From positions 3,134 to 67,133 of the forward strand of contig DATJJE010000050.1 of NCBI GenBank assembly GCA_035492455.1: a DNA stretch of 64,000 bases, in the 5' to 3' direction. Position numbers and translations under genes: made by a program. Source of the DNA: Vicinamibacterales bacterium. GTDB lineage: Bacteria; Acidobacteriota; Vicinamibacteria; Vicinamibacterales; UBA2999. The notes below the pieces were generated by a model. It had not been told where the DNA came from and searched no databases. It saw only the letters and a program-made list of their open reading frames with translations. This document shows, in pieces, positions 1 to 7,598 of this stretch; positions within the stretch are counted from its first letter, which is position 1; each line of letters begins with the position of its first letter.

Positions 1-394
1 CAGGCAGCTGCTCGGGATGGATGTGCTCGAAGAACTCCATGTCGCGGCTCACGACAAAGAGATGAAAGCGCTTCTCGTGCACGACCTCATAGCCGGTGAT
101 GACCGCGTTGGTTCCGGGATGGCGAATGGTGAGCGTCAGGGCAACCGGCTCGCCGGCTTTCACGGCGGCAGGAACCGTCGTCAGCTCGAGGGAGTACTCG
201 CGTGTGTCGAACGGATCGCCGGGGACCAGCGCCATCCCGCACTTGCGGCAACGGCTGCCGGGCTCGCTCGCGGTCACTTCCGGATGCATCGGGCAGAACC
301 ACGCGGTGGTTCCCGGTGGTGCCGAGCTTTGCTGCGCTGCGGCGCCAAGCGTGAGCAGAACGACGAGCAGCGACGCGAGCTTATTTCGCCGCAT
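1..394 (-). CDS. Secreted heavy-metal-binding-domain (HMBD) protein, N-terminal part; CDS runs off the left edge
   Basis: Absent from the ORF track because it is open at the window edge. The minus-strand ATG at 392-394 gives MRRNKLASLLVVLLTLGAAAQQ (signal peptide). This is followed by WFCPMHPEVTASEPGSRCRKCGMALVP (four-Cys HMBD-type motif) and HLFVVSRDMEFFEHIHP. The gene starts 10 nt after the stop of the 381..1472 gene on the same strand. Confidence 0.7.
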   Translation of the reverse strand, partial: MRRNKLASLLVVLLTLGAAAQQSSAPPGTTAWFCPMHPEVTASEPGSRCRKCGMALVPGDPFDTREYSLELTTVPAAVKAGEPVALTLTIRHPGTNAVITGYEVVHEKRFHLFVVSRDMEFFEHIHPEQLP

Positions 395-1472
395 AGTGAT
401 TCAAGGCAATGGTGATCGGTGTATCCCCATACGCGACGGCCTGCAGCACCGAGCCGGCGGGGATTGCGACCGGCTTGCGGAACATGTACGGCGTCGGCCA
501 CAGCTGATGCGCGTCTTTGACCCAGAGGAGCACTTCGCGCGAGCCATCAGGCCGCATCAACTTCACCTCGAGCGACCGGGTGTCTGCAGACAGCTCAGGA
601 CGCATCGAAACGAGCGAGCGCTCGTCTGTCGCTTTGAATTCCGCCACGAAGCGAGTCGGCGTGCGTGCATCAGCGACGGCGCGCAGCATCGTCGTGGTCA
701 CCGTGGTTGCGGAAGGTGCTGGAGCCAAATAAAGCGCGAGCTGCGGCGTGTCGGAGACCGCCTGCGATGCGCCGGAGTACATCACGTCAACGGCAATGCG
801 CGCGTGCGCAGGCAGCTTGAACGCCACGCCCGCAGGCAATTCCGTTGAGGACTGCCACGGCGTCCATCCGCCGAGATACTGGCTCGTACCTGCGACGCTG
901 AAAAACGCCCCGCGTGCCACGCGCGCGTCGGGCTTGAAGTCGATCGCGCGAACCCACGCATCGCGTGTGAGGCCCGTGTCGATCAGCAGCCGCTTGAACG
1001 CCGGCGCGCTGCGCGCATCGATCGCGGTCGCCGTCGCCGGCATGGCGACGGCATCAGGCATGCCGAGCGTCCAGTGATCGCTGTGATCGACGAACGCAGG
1101 TGCGGGATCGGTGCCCTCGGGGACGCCGCCATCAATCCAGGAGATCAGGAACTCGAACTCGCGCGGCGTCAGGCCGATGTCATTCGAGTACGCGCCGAAG
1201 CCGCGCTCGGCCGGCCACGGCGGCATCCGCCGCGACAGCGTCTCCTCCTTGATCGCTTCCGCCCACGGCCGGGTCTGCGCGAAAGTAATCAGCGGCATCG
1301 CCAGCTTGCCGTCGGCGTGGCACTGCACGCACTTCCGCTGGAGTAATGTCGCGATCTCCCGGTTGAAGAGCACGGTTGTCGTCGTCGGATTGTGCGAATA
1401 GGCGGGGCGCGGGACCAGCGTCCACACCGTGACGAGGACAAACACCAGGGCGGCGATGCCGTGCCTCAGCAC
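381..1472 (-). CDS. Secreted cytochrome c-domain protein (single CxxCH) with large C-terminal beta-rich domain
   Basis: 363-aa ORF with a GTG start and an N-terminal hydrophobic segment (IAALVFVLVTVWTLV). It has the haem motif CVQCH followed by RRMPPWPAE. It is tightly linked to the downstream HMBD gene. Confidence 0.7.
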   Translation of the reverse strand: MLRHGIAALVFVLVTVWTLVPRPAYSHNPTTTTVLFNREIATLLQRKCVQCHADGKLAMPLITFAQTRPWAEAIKEETLSRRMPPWPAERGFGAYSNDIGLTPREFEFLISWIDGGVPEGTDPAPAFVDHSDHWTLGMPDAVAMPATATAIDARSAPAFKRLLIDTGLTRDAWVRAIDFKPDARVARGAFFSVAGTSQYLGGWTPWQSSTELPAGVAFKLPAHARIAVDVMYSGASQAVSDTPQLALYLAPAPSATTVTTTMLRAVADARTPTRFVAEFKATDERSLVSMRPELSADTRSLEVKLMRPDGSREVLLWVKDAHQLWPTPYMFRKPVAIPAGSVLQAVAYGDTPITIALNHYAAK

Positions 1473-1490
1473 ACCGTTACTTTATCCCCA

Positions 1491-1519
1491 TTGACTACAG
1501 ATAAATAGCAGTCTAGAGT
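1491..1519 (+). promoter_or_regulatory. Putative sigma70-type promoter of the 1562..3590 operon
   Basis: TTGACT (1491-1496), 17-nt spacer, TAGAGT (1514-1519), 42 nt upstream of ATG 1562. Identified by eye only. Confidence 0.3.
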
Positions 1520-1561
1520 CGGGCACAACCGCAGAAATCCGGAATCCACGAAGGGACACGC

Positions 1562-2311
1562 ATGCGTTTGAGTGTAGTTTCGGCCGCCCTGATACTTGCC
1601 ATCGCCGCGCCGGCGTTTGCACAGGAGTACGTCGAGTTCACGAGCAAGGACGATCGTTTTGGCGTCACATTCCCGACCGAGCCGAAGATCGAGCAGACGA
1701 TGTTCAAGTCGCAGTTCGGGTCGATGCTGCCCGCGCGCATCTATACATCCGACTCCGGAAACAGCCACTTCAAGGTGACGGTCGTCGACTACAACAACAT
1801 TGAAGCAATCTCGACCGAGCGCTCGAAGTCGTGCCCTCCGGGCGCGGAGACGTGCAGGGGCGGCGGCAGCTCGACGGGCCTCGGCTACTGGAAGGCCGAC
1901 CTGGCCGGCGCCGAGAAGTTCGCGACGTGGCAGTTCATGCAGCGCGACGCAAAGATCACGTACTTGGGTTGGAACAACATCGATCTCGTCGAAGGGACGA
2001 TGATCTACATGACAAACAACCCGAGTCAGTCGCGCACGTCGGCCGGCATCTACATGCACGAGAACAAGCTGTACATCCTCGAAGGCACGGTGCCGAAGGG
2101 CTATCCGGAGCCGGGCTTCTTCCAGCAGTCGATCCGCTGGCTCGATGAGAACGGCAACGGCATCCGCTACCAGACGCTCTATCACAACGGCTTCCCGAAG
2201 CCGCCGACGGGACGCGGCGGCGCGCCTCAGCCTGGACAGGGACAAGGACAAGGACAAGGACAGGGCGGCGGTCAGGGTGCTGGTCGCGGCGCCGGTCAGC
2301 CGCAGTACTGA
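1562..2311 (+). CDS. Secreted hypothetical protein, paralog A, with Gly/Gln-rich C-terminal tail
   Basis: 249-aa ORF with signal peptide MRLSVVSAALILAIAAPAFAQ. It aligns along its length with the next gene. No recognisable catalytic motif. Confidence 0.8.
   Translation: MRLSVVSAALILAIAAPAFAQEYVEFTSKDDRFGVTFPTEPKIEQTMFKSQFGSMLPARIYTSDSGNSHFKVTVVDYNNIEAISTERSKSCPPGAETCRGGGSSTGLGYWKADLAGAEKFATWQFMQRDAKITYLGWNNIDLVEGTMIYMTNNPSQSRTSAGIYMHENKLYILEGTVPKGYPEPGFFQQSIRWLDENGNGIRYQTLYHNGFPKPPTGRGGAPQPGQGQGQGQGQGGGQGAGRGAGQPQY
2234..2263 (+). repeat. (GGACAR)x5 hexanucleotide microsatellite encoding (GQ)5
   Basis: Read directly: ggacag ggacaa ggacaa ggacaa ggacag, inside the 3' end of the 1562..2311 CDS. 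Confidence 0.9.
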
Positions 2312-2319
2312 GGACGGCC

Positions 2320-3018
2320 ATGCGCACGGTGATCTTGGGACTGGGGATTTGGATGTTGGGATTTGCGATGTCTCCCAAGGCCCAGGAGTACGTCGAATTC
2401 AAGAGCATGCAGGATCGCTTCTCGATCGTCTTCCCGGCACAGCCGAAGGTGATCGAGACGAAGTACACGTCTGAGTTCAAATCGATGCTTCCCGCGCGCA
2501 TCTACAGCGTCGATCAGGGACAGAGCCACTTCAAAGTCACCGTCGTGGACTACACCAACATCCAGGCGATTGCGACGGAGAAGGCGAAGTCGTGTCCTGC
2601 AGGCGCGGAAACGTGTCTCGGCACGCCAACAGATGCGAGCTCCACAGGCGCCGGTTACTGGAAGCCCGATATCGAGGGCGCAGTCGTCCACGCGACGTGG
2701 GAGCTGATGCAGCGGCCGGATGAGAAGGCGATTTATCTTGGCTGGACCAACATGAACCTGGTCGAAGGGCACATGTTGAATCTGGTGAACGAGAAAACCA
2801 AGGCGCGCACGTCAGCCGCGATCTACATGCACGAAAACAAGCTGTACATCATCGAGGGGACGGTGCCGGCAGGTTATCCGGTGCCGGACTTCTTTCAGCA
2901 GTCGGTCGGCTGGCTTGATGACAACGGCCGCGATATCAGGTATCTCACCATCTACCACAACGGATTTCCCAAGCCTGCAGTGCGCGGGCAGGGTGGCGCT
3001 CAGGGAGGAAATAGATGA
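2320..3018 (+). CDS. Secreted hypothetical protein, paralog B (tandem duplicate of 1562..2311)
   Basis: 232-aa ORF with a signal peptide. Blocks shared with paralog A: QEYVEF, MLPARIY, SHFKVTVVDY, SCPxGAETC, IYMHENKLYIxEGTVP, YHNGFPKP. Confidence 0.8.
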   Translation: MRTVILGLGIWMLGFAMSPKAQEYVEFKSMQDRFSIVFPAQPKVIETKYTSEFKSMLPARIYSVDQGQSHFKVTVVDYTNIQAIATEKAKSCPAGAETCLGTPTDASSTGAGYWKPDIEGAVVHATWELMQRPDEKAIYLGWTNMNLVEGHMLNLVNEKTKARTSAAIYMHENKLYIIEGTVPAGYPVPDFFQQSVGWLDDNGRDIRYLTIYHNGFPKPAVRGQGGAQGGNR

Positions 3019-3590
3019 AGACGCTTGCGGTACTGGCGGGAACGTTGATCGCGGCGGTAGTGCTCGCCACGTCGGTCGCGGGTCAGGCGCAGCAGCCGGC
3101 CGCTCAAGGCGAACGTGGAGGCGCGGCGCGCGGCCGCGGCGAACCGCCGGCGCCCCCGGCGAAGCAGCCCGGTCACGGCCAGGGCAAGCTTGTGATCTGG
3201 GGCGACATGGCAAGCTTTGACAATCCGCCAACGCTGCCGACGCACTGCATCCTGCTCAACCGCTTCAAGCGTGGTCAGCGTGTTGGTTTCCGCATGACGG
3301 CCATCGACGGAGCCACGGGTGAAACAGAAAACACCGCAACGATGGTGGTGCATCTGAACTACATGGGCCAGACCATCGACATTCCGACGCGGTGGCGTGG
3401 CGTCGGCGGATTTCCTGCATCCGAATACCCGCGGCAGCCGTCCGAGATGTGGACAGGTGTGTGGGTGGTGCCGATGGACGCACAGCCGGGACGTCTCAGC
3501 TACACGGTGACGGCGACCGATCAGTTCGGCCGCACCGCCACCTTCAATCCGTTCCCGAATATCATCCCGCAGCTCACAATCGTCGAATAG
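3015..3590 (+). CDS. Secreted hypothetical protein
   Basis: 191-aa ORF whose ATG overlaps the upstream stop (ATGA at 3015-3018). Signal peptide MKTLAVLAGTLIAAVVLATSVAGQA. No known motif recognised. Confidence 0.7.
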   Translation: MKTLAVLAGTLIAAVVLATSVAGQAQQPAAQGERGGAARGRGEPPAPPAKQPGHGQGKLVIWGDMASFDNPPTLPTHCILLNRFKRGQRVGFRMTAIDGATGETENTATMVVHLNYMGQTIDIPTRWRGVGGFPASEYPRQPSEMWTGVWVVPMDAQPGRLSYTVTATDQFGRTATFNPFPNIIPQLTIVE

Positions 3591-3608
3591 TCGGGAATTC
3601 GCGACTCT

Positions 3609-3630
3609 GCCGGGTCCAAAAGGACCCGGC
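3609..3630 (+). terminator. Stem-loop terminator after the 1562..3590 operon
   Basis: GCCGGGTCC-AAAA-GGACCCGGC, a perfect 9-bp stem, followed by CTTTCCCTTC. Confidence 0.5.
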
Positions 3631-3692
3631 CTTTCCCTTCATACTTCCTCCACAATCACCTTCCAGACTGAACGTCAGTAAGGAGGACGTTC

Positions 3693-4130
3693 ATGGAAAG
3701 TGATTTCGGTATGAGACGGTGGGTGATGGTCGCGCTTGTGCTGATAGCAGCGGTGGCCATCGGGTCCATCGCGTACCAGGCGGGCGTTGAGCGCGGCATT
3801 GCGTCGCATCCACCTGCAGCCGCAGCGCCTGGCGCGACGCCCGACGGCCAGGCAGCCGCTCCCGCCCCCTATCCGTACTACCCGTACCGGTACTACGGTC
3901 CGTGGCGATTCGGGTTTATCGGCCCGCTGATCTCGCTGTTCGTATTCTTCTTCATCCTGCGTGCGCTGATGTTCGCGCTGTTCGGATGGGGATGGGGATG
4001 GCGGCGGCGCTGGTGGAGGTACGGGCCGGACTTCGACCCGCGCTACGGGCCGTATGCATTCGAGGAGTGGCATCGCCGCGCCCACGAGCAGATGCGCGAC
4101 GATCGCGCCCCGGCGCCGCCGACCGCATGA
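3693..4130 (+). CDS. Membrane protein with W/R/G/Y-rich C-terminal half (hypothetical)
   Basis: 145-aa ORF with AGGAGG at 3681-3686, 6 nt before the ATG. It has two hydrophobic segments and the low-complexity stretch GWGWGWRRRWWRYGPDFDPRYGPYAFEEWHRRAH. Confidence 0.65.
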   Translation: MESDFGMRRWVMVALVLIAAVAIGSIAYQAGVERGIASHPPAAAAPGATPDGQAAAPAPYPYYPYRYYGPWRFGFIGPLISLFVFFFILRALMFALFGWGWGWRRRWWRYGPDFDPRYGPYAFEEWHRRAHEQMRDDRAPAPPTA

Positions 4131-4136
4131 TCACAA

Positions 4137-4180
4137 ACCACGGAGCCACGGAGGACACGGAGCAATAAAGTCTCCGTGGT
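4137..4180 (+). terminator. Hairpin built from three direct CCACGGAG-type repeats plus one inverted copy (between convergent genes)
   Basis: aaCCACGGAG CCACGGAG gaCACGGAG caataaagt CTCCGTGGtt. Any of the three left copies can pair with the right arm. The hairpin is followed by cgtgttctt. Confidence 0.4.
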
Positions 4181-4188
4181 TCGTGTTC

Positions 4189-4914
4189 TTACCGACGCAC
4201 GACGGCGACCGCGATGTGCACCGCGCGCGTCGCGTGATGCAGGTGCACCGGCGACGGGTAGTGCAACGCCAGCCAGGCGAGGTACGACCACGTCGCCGTG
4301 CCAATCGCACGCATTTTGCGGAACAGCCGCAGCCCGGCGATGCGTAGTGCAAGCACCGATTCGGTCGGCTGAAACCCGAAGCGCAAGTGCGTGCGCAACG
4401 ACGGCCAGTTGCCGTAATCAACAAACGTCAGCACACCGCGCTTGCCGCACGCGGTCATCCATTCCGCAAGGTACGCTTTGAACCGCAGCCAGACCCCGGT
4501 GTTGCGGAAGGCGGGATCGATGTAGGCGTCGTAGGCGTAGACGTAACCGCGAGGAACGGCGATGGGGTAATCCCAGCCGGTCTCGCGATGCACCGGCCCG
4601 TCGGAGAACCACTCGTAGCCAATAACGCGGCCATCGACGAGCGCGACGACGCATCGGTCGCCCTCGCCGAATCGATGCTCGAACAACGCTCTCTTGTCCT
4701 GGAGCTGCGCGAGTGCCTCGAGATCGTCGGCGGTGGCGAAGCGTACGTCGGCGTGACCGCGCAGCATCGAGGGCGGCACGCTCGGCACGCTGTTCAGCTG
4801 CAGGAAGCAGAGCTTCCCGACATCAATCGGCCGCAGCGGCACTCGGCGCACCAGCTTCTGCGTAAGCAGCAACGGCGGTGTGCGTGCCAGCTGGCGCAGC
4901 GCCGTCCAGGTCAT
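4189..4914 (-). CDS. GNAT-family N-acyltransferase
   Basis: 241-aa ORF with a GNAT core (VVALVDGRVIGY ... YIDPAFRNTGVWLRF ... LRFGFQP). Its ATG overlaps the upstream stop (ATGA at 4911-4914). Confidence 0.7.
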   Translation of the reverse strand: MTWTALRQLARTPPLLLTQKLVRRVPLRPIDVGKLCFLQLNSVPSVPPSMLRGHADVRFATADDLEALAQLQDKRALFEHRFGEGDRCVVALVDGRVIGYEWFSDGPVHRETGWDYPIAVPRGYVYAYDAYIDPAFRNTGVWLRFKAYLAEWMTACGKRGVLTFVDYGNWPSLRTHLRFGFQPTESVLALRIAGLRLFRKMRAIGTATWSYLAWLALHYPSPVHLHHATRAVHIAVAVVRR

Positions 4915-5900
4915 ACCGGGCGCTCCGCGTTGAACACCGCGGCCGGCGCGTGCAGATAACGCGCTGCCTCGCGCTTCGACTGGATCATCCGGAACGCGCG
5001 CACGACCTGCTCCGGGTTCAGGCCGATGGCTGGCGCAGCATCCTGCGCCGCTACGCCGTGGTCCAGCGCGAACATGCAGAGATCCGTCTGCTGGAGCGAG
5101 AGACCGAAGTAGAACTCTTCCTGCGTCTGTTCAAGCGAATACGTATCGGTCGTGGGCGTTCGGCGGCGAATGTCATTAGGCACGCCGAGGTATGCGGCGA
5201 GCTCATAGACCTGGGATTTGTACAGATGCGCAATCGGCTTGACGTCGGCGGCGCCGTCGCCAAGTTTCACGAAGAACCCTTGATCGTGTTCGAGCAGGTT
5301 CGCCGTGCCGGCAACGGCGTAGCGGAAGCGATCCGCATAGTGGTATTCGATCATCTTGCGTACACGTTGCTTGAAATTGGTGGCGGCGACGACAGCCAGA
5401 TACGCATCGAGCGGCAGACGCGCACGGCGCTGCTCGCCCGATGGAGAGCAGACGACGATCGAGAACACGGCATAGCCTGATTGCCTGATTTGATCCGGCA
5501 GCACGATCTTGCAGCGCCAACCGTCGCTGTACTCGGGAATGACGGTGCGGATGGCGTCATCGCGGCGTCGATAACATTCAGCAGCGGTCAAGGTGTCGCT
5601 GATGTCTTCGCGAACGGTACGGATGCCGAATTCGCGTGCCAGGCTCGTGGCGAGGCGTTCGCTGTCGGAAGAAGAATCCGCCTCCGGCATCATCAAGCCG
5701 ATGACGCGATCGGATCCGAGCGCACGCGCAGCGAGTGCGCCGACGACGCTGCTGTCGATGCCACCTGACAACCCGACAACGAGGCCCTTGCGCCGCAGCT
5801 GATAAAACACGGTGTCGCGCAGAAACTCCTGAAGATCGCGCGCGACCGTTGCAGCATCGATGCGCAGGACGTCGGCCGAAAACGCAGTGACGACACTCAT
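4911..5900 (-). CDS. NAD synthetase-like PP-loop ATP pyrophosphatase (NadE family)
   Basis: This is the C-terminal 329 aa of the 786-aa track ORF. It starts at MSVVTAF (ATG 5898-5900, ATGA overlap with the ligase stop). PP-loop motif GLSGGIDSSV; NadE-like blocks NFKQRVRK and GDGAADVKPIAHLYKSQVY. Confidence 0.8.
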   Translation of the reverse strand: MSVVTAFSADVLRIDAATVARDLQEFLRDTVFYQLRRKGLVVGLSGGIDSSVVGALAARALGSDRVIGLMMPEADSSSDSERLATSLAREFGIRTVREDISDTLTAAECYRRRDDAIRTVIPEYSDGWRCKIVLPDQIRQSGYAVFSIVVCSPSGEQRRARLPLDAYLAVVAATNFKQRVRKMIEYHYADRFRYAVAGTANLLEHDQGFFVKLGDGAADVKPIAHLYKSQVYELAAYLGVPNDIRRRTPTTDTYSLEQTQEEFYFGLSLQQTDLCMFALDHGVAAQDAAPAIGLNPEQVVRAFRMIQSKREAARYLHAPAAVFNAERPV

Positions 5901-7333
5901 GCCGCGGAGGCTCCCCGCCGCATCGTCAGGAGGCGAAGCGCCCTGCGGCTCACCTTGCCGTTCGCGGATGTTGGCAGCGTCGATCGGATATCTACAACCT
6001 TCGGCACCATGAACGGCTCGAGATGCGCGAGACAGTGGCGCCGCACCTCGTCTGCCGTGAGCGCGCTGCCGTCCGCCGGCCTGACGGATGCGACGACCGC
6101 TTCGCCGCACAGATCGTCGGGCACGCCGTAGACGGACACTTCCGACACGCCTCGCAGCCGTGCAATAACTTCCTCGATGTAGCGCGGCGCGACCTTCTCC
6201 CCTCGGACTTTGATCATGTCGTCCCGCCGTTCGACAAAGTAGAGCAAACCGTTCGCATCGGTTCGAAACAGATCGCCGGTATGCAGGACGGCGTCGCCGG
6301 TGAGCAGATCGCGGCCCAGCACCTTCGAGGTCAGCGCCTCGTCGTTCCAGTACCCGCTCATGACGTGCGGGCCGCGCACGAGCAGCTCGCCATCGACGAC
6401 GTCGGCCGACGTGCCCGGAATGGGAATACCAACCGAGTCGGGGTGTTGGTCGACGAGCTCTGGCGGCAGATATGACGCGCGCTGGCATTCGGTCTGGCCG
6501 TACATCAGAAACAACTCGGCGCGCGGAAACGCGGCGCGCAGCTTCCGCGTCTTCGCGACGGGCAGCGCGGCGGCGGCGTTGGTGATGTAACGGAGGTGCG
6601 GCAGCCGATGCATCCGCAGGTCCTGCTGCAGCAGCAGCGTCGCCATTGTCGGCACGATCGGAAAGCCGGTGATGCGCTCGCGCCGCATGGTATCGAGCAC
6701 CGCGCGCGGGTAGATGAACGACGGCTCGAGCACCAGTGTCGCTCCTGCATAAAACGCCGTCGTCACCTGACCCAGGCCATAGGTGAACGACAGCGGCAGC
6801 ACGCTGAGGATCACATCCATGGCGGTGTTGTGCAGATAGCTGGAGATGGACTGCGCCGCGAACGTCAGATTGCGATGCGTCAGCATGACGCCCTTGGGCG
6901 TGCCCGTCGAGCCGGAGGTGTACACCAGCGCGGCGAGATCCACGTCCGCGCTGCCGCCGCTTGCGTCGTTGCACCGCGGATGCGTGCGTGGCGTGACGAC
7001 AGGCTTGCCCGACGCATCGCGTTCCACTACGGCGGCGGCGCCGCTGTCGGACATCAGGTGGTCGCGGTATGCGGGACGCGCGTGTGGGTTGACGACGAAG
7101 AAGACCGCCCGCGCTTTGAGCACAGCGAAGATTGCCACGACGGCATCGGCGGAATTCTCCAGACAGACGGCGACACGGTCGCCGGGCCGGACGCCCGCGT
7201 CGTGCAGCATGCCGGCAACGCGGCGCGCCTCCTCGTCGATCTGGCGATAGGTGTAACGCTCGCCGCCGCACACCAGGGCCTCTTTGCGCGGCATGTCCAC
7301 CGCGCGCGCCTCGAGCAGGTCGTTAACTCGCAC
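5897..7333 (-). CDS. Acyl-CoA/acyl-ACP ligase (AMP-forming adenylating enzyme)
   Basis: 478-aa ORF with a GTG start. AMP-binding core LVYTSGSTGTPKGVMLTHRNL, plus YGQTE and GDLFRTDANGLLYFVERRDDMIKVRGEKV. Confidence 0.85.
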   Translation of the reverse strand: MRVNDLLEARAVDMPRKEALVCGGERYTYRQIDEEARRVAGMLHDAGVRPGDRVAVCLENSADAVVAIFAVLKARAVFFVVNPHARPAYRDHLMSDSGAAAVVERDASGKPVVTPRTHPRCNDASGGSADVDLAALVYTSGSTGTPKGVMLTHRNLTFAAQSISSYLHNTAMDVILSVLPLSFTYGLGQVTTAFYAGATLVLEPSFIYPRAVLDTMRRERITGFPIVPTMATLLLQQDLRMHRLPHLRYITNAAAALPVAKTRKLRAAFPRAELFLMYGQTECQRASYLPPELVDQHPDSVGIPIPGTSADVVDGELLVRGPHVMSGYWNDEALTSKVLGRDLLTGDAVLHTGDLFRTDANGLLYFVERRDDMIKVRGEKVAPRYIEEVIARLRGVSEVSVYGVPDDLCGEAVVASVRPADGSALTADEVRRHCLAHLEPFMVPKVVDIRSTLPTSANGKVSRRALRLLTMRRGASAA

Positions 7334-7598
7334 GGGCGACGCGCTCCGCGGTTTTTCGCTCGACGAAACGCGCGACCTTCGTTACGGAATCGAGATTGTC
7401 CGGAACGATCTCGGCGTCATCGATGCTGATGCCGTAGCGCTCCTGCAAATGGCAGACAAGCTCCAGGATGCCAGTCGAATCGACAATGCCGCGCTGCTGG
7501 AACGAGTCGTCATTCGCAAACGCGAACCGGCCAGAGCCATCTCCAAAGAGAAAGTTATCGACGATGAATGTGCGCAGTTCCTGAATAAGAGCTTCCAT
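7323..7598 (-). CDS. Acyl carrier protein
   Basis: 91-aa ORF with a phosphopantetheine-site-like GIVDSTGILELV and an acidic helix-bundle pattern. It overlaps the ligase start by 11 nt. Confidence 0.7.
   Translation of the reverse strand: MEALIQELRTFIVDNFLFGDGSGRFAFANDDSFQQRGIVDSTGILELVCHLQERYGISIDDAEIVPDNLDSVTKVARFVERKTAERVARAS

Noticed and set aside
17-848. Plus-strand ORFs 17..415 and 96..848 at the left edge
   Set aside because: They are antisense to the HMBD and cytochrome c genes, which have signal peptides and clear Cys motifs.
4911-7271. 786-aa minus-strand ORF
   Set aside because: Only its C-terminal 329 aa (from MSVVTAF) look like a real NadE-like protein. The N-terminal ~450 aa are Arg/Ala/Gly-rich, run out of frame across the acyl-AMP ligase gene, and lack motifs. 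This is a GC-rich shadow ORF fused in frame.
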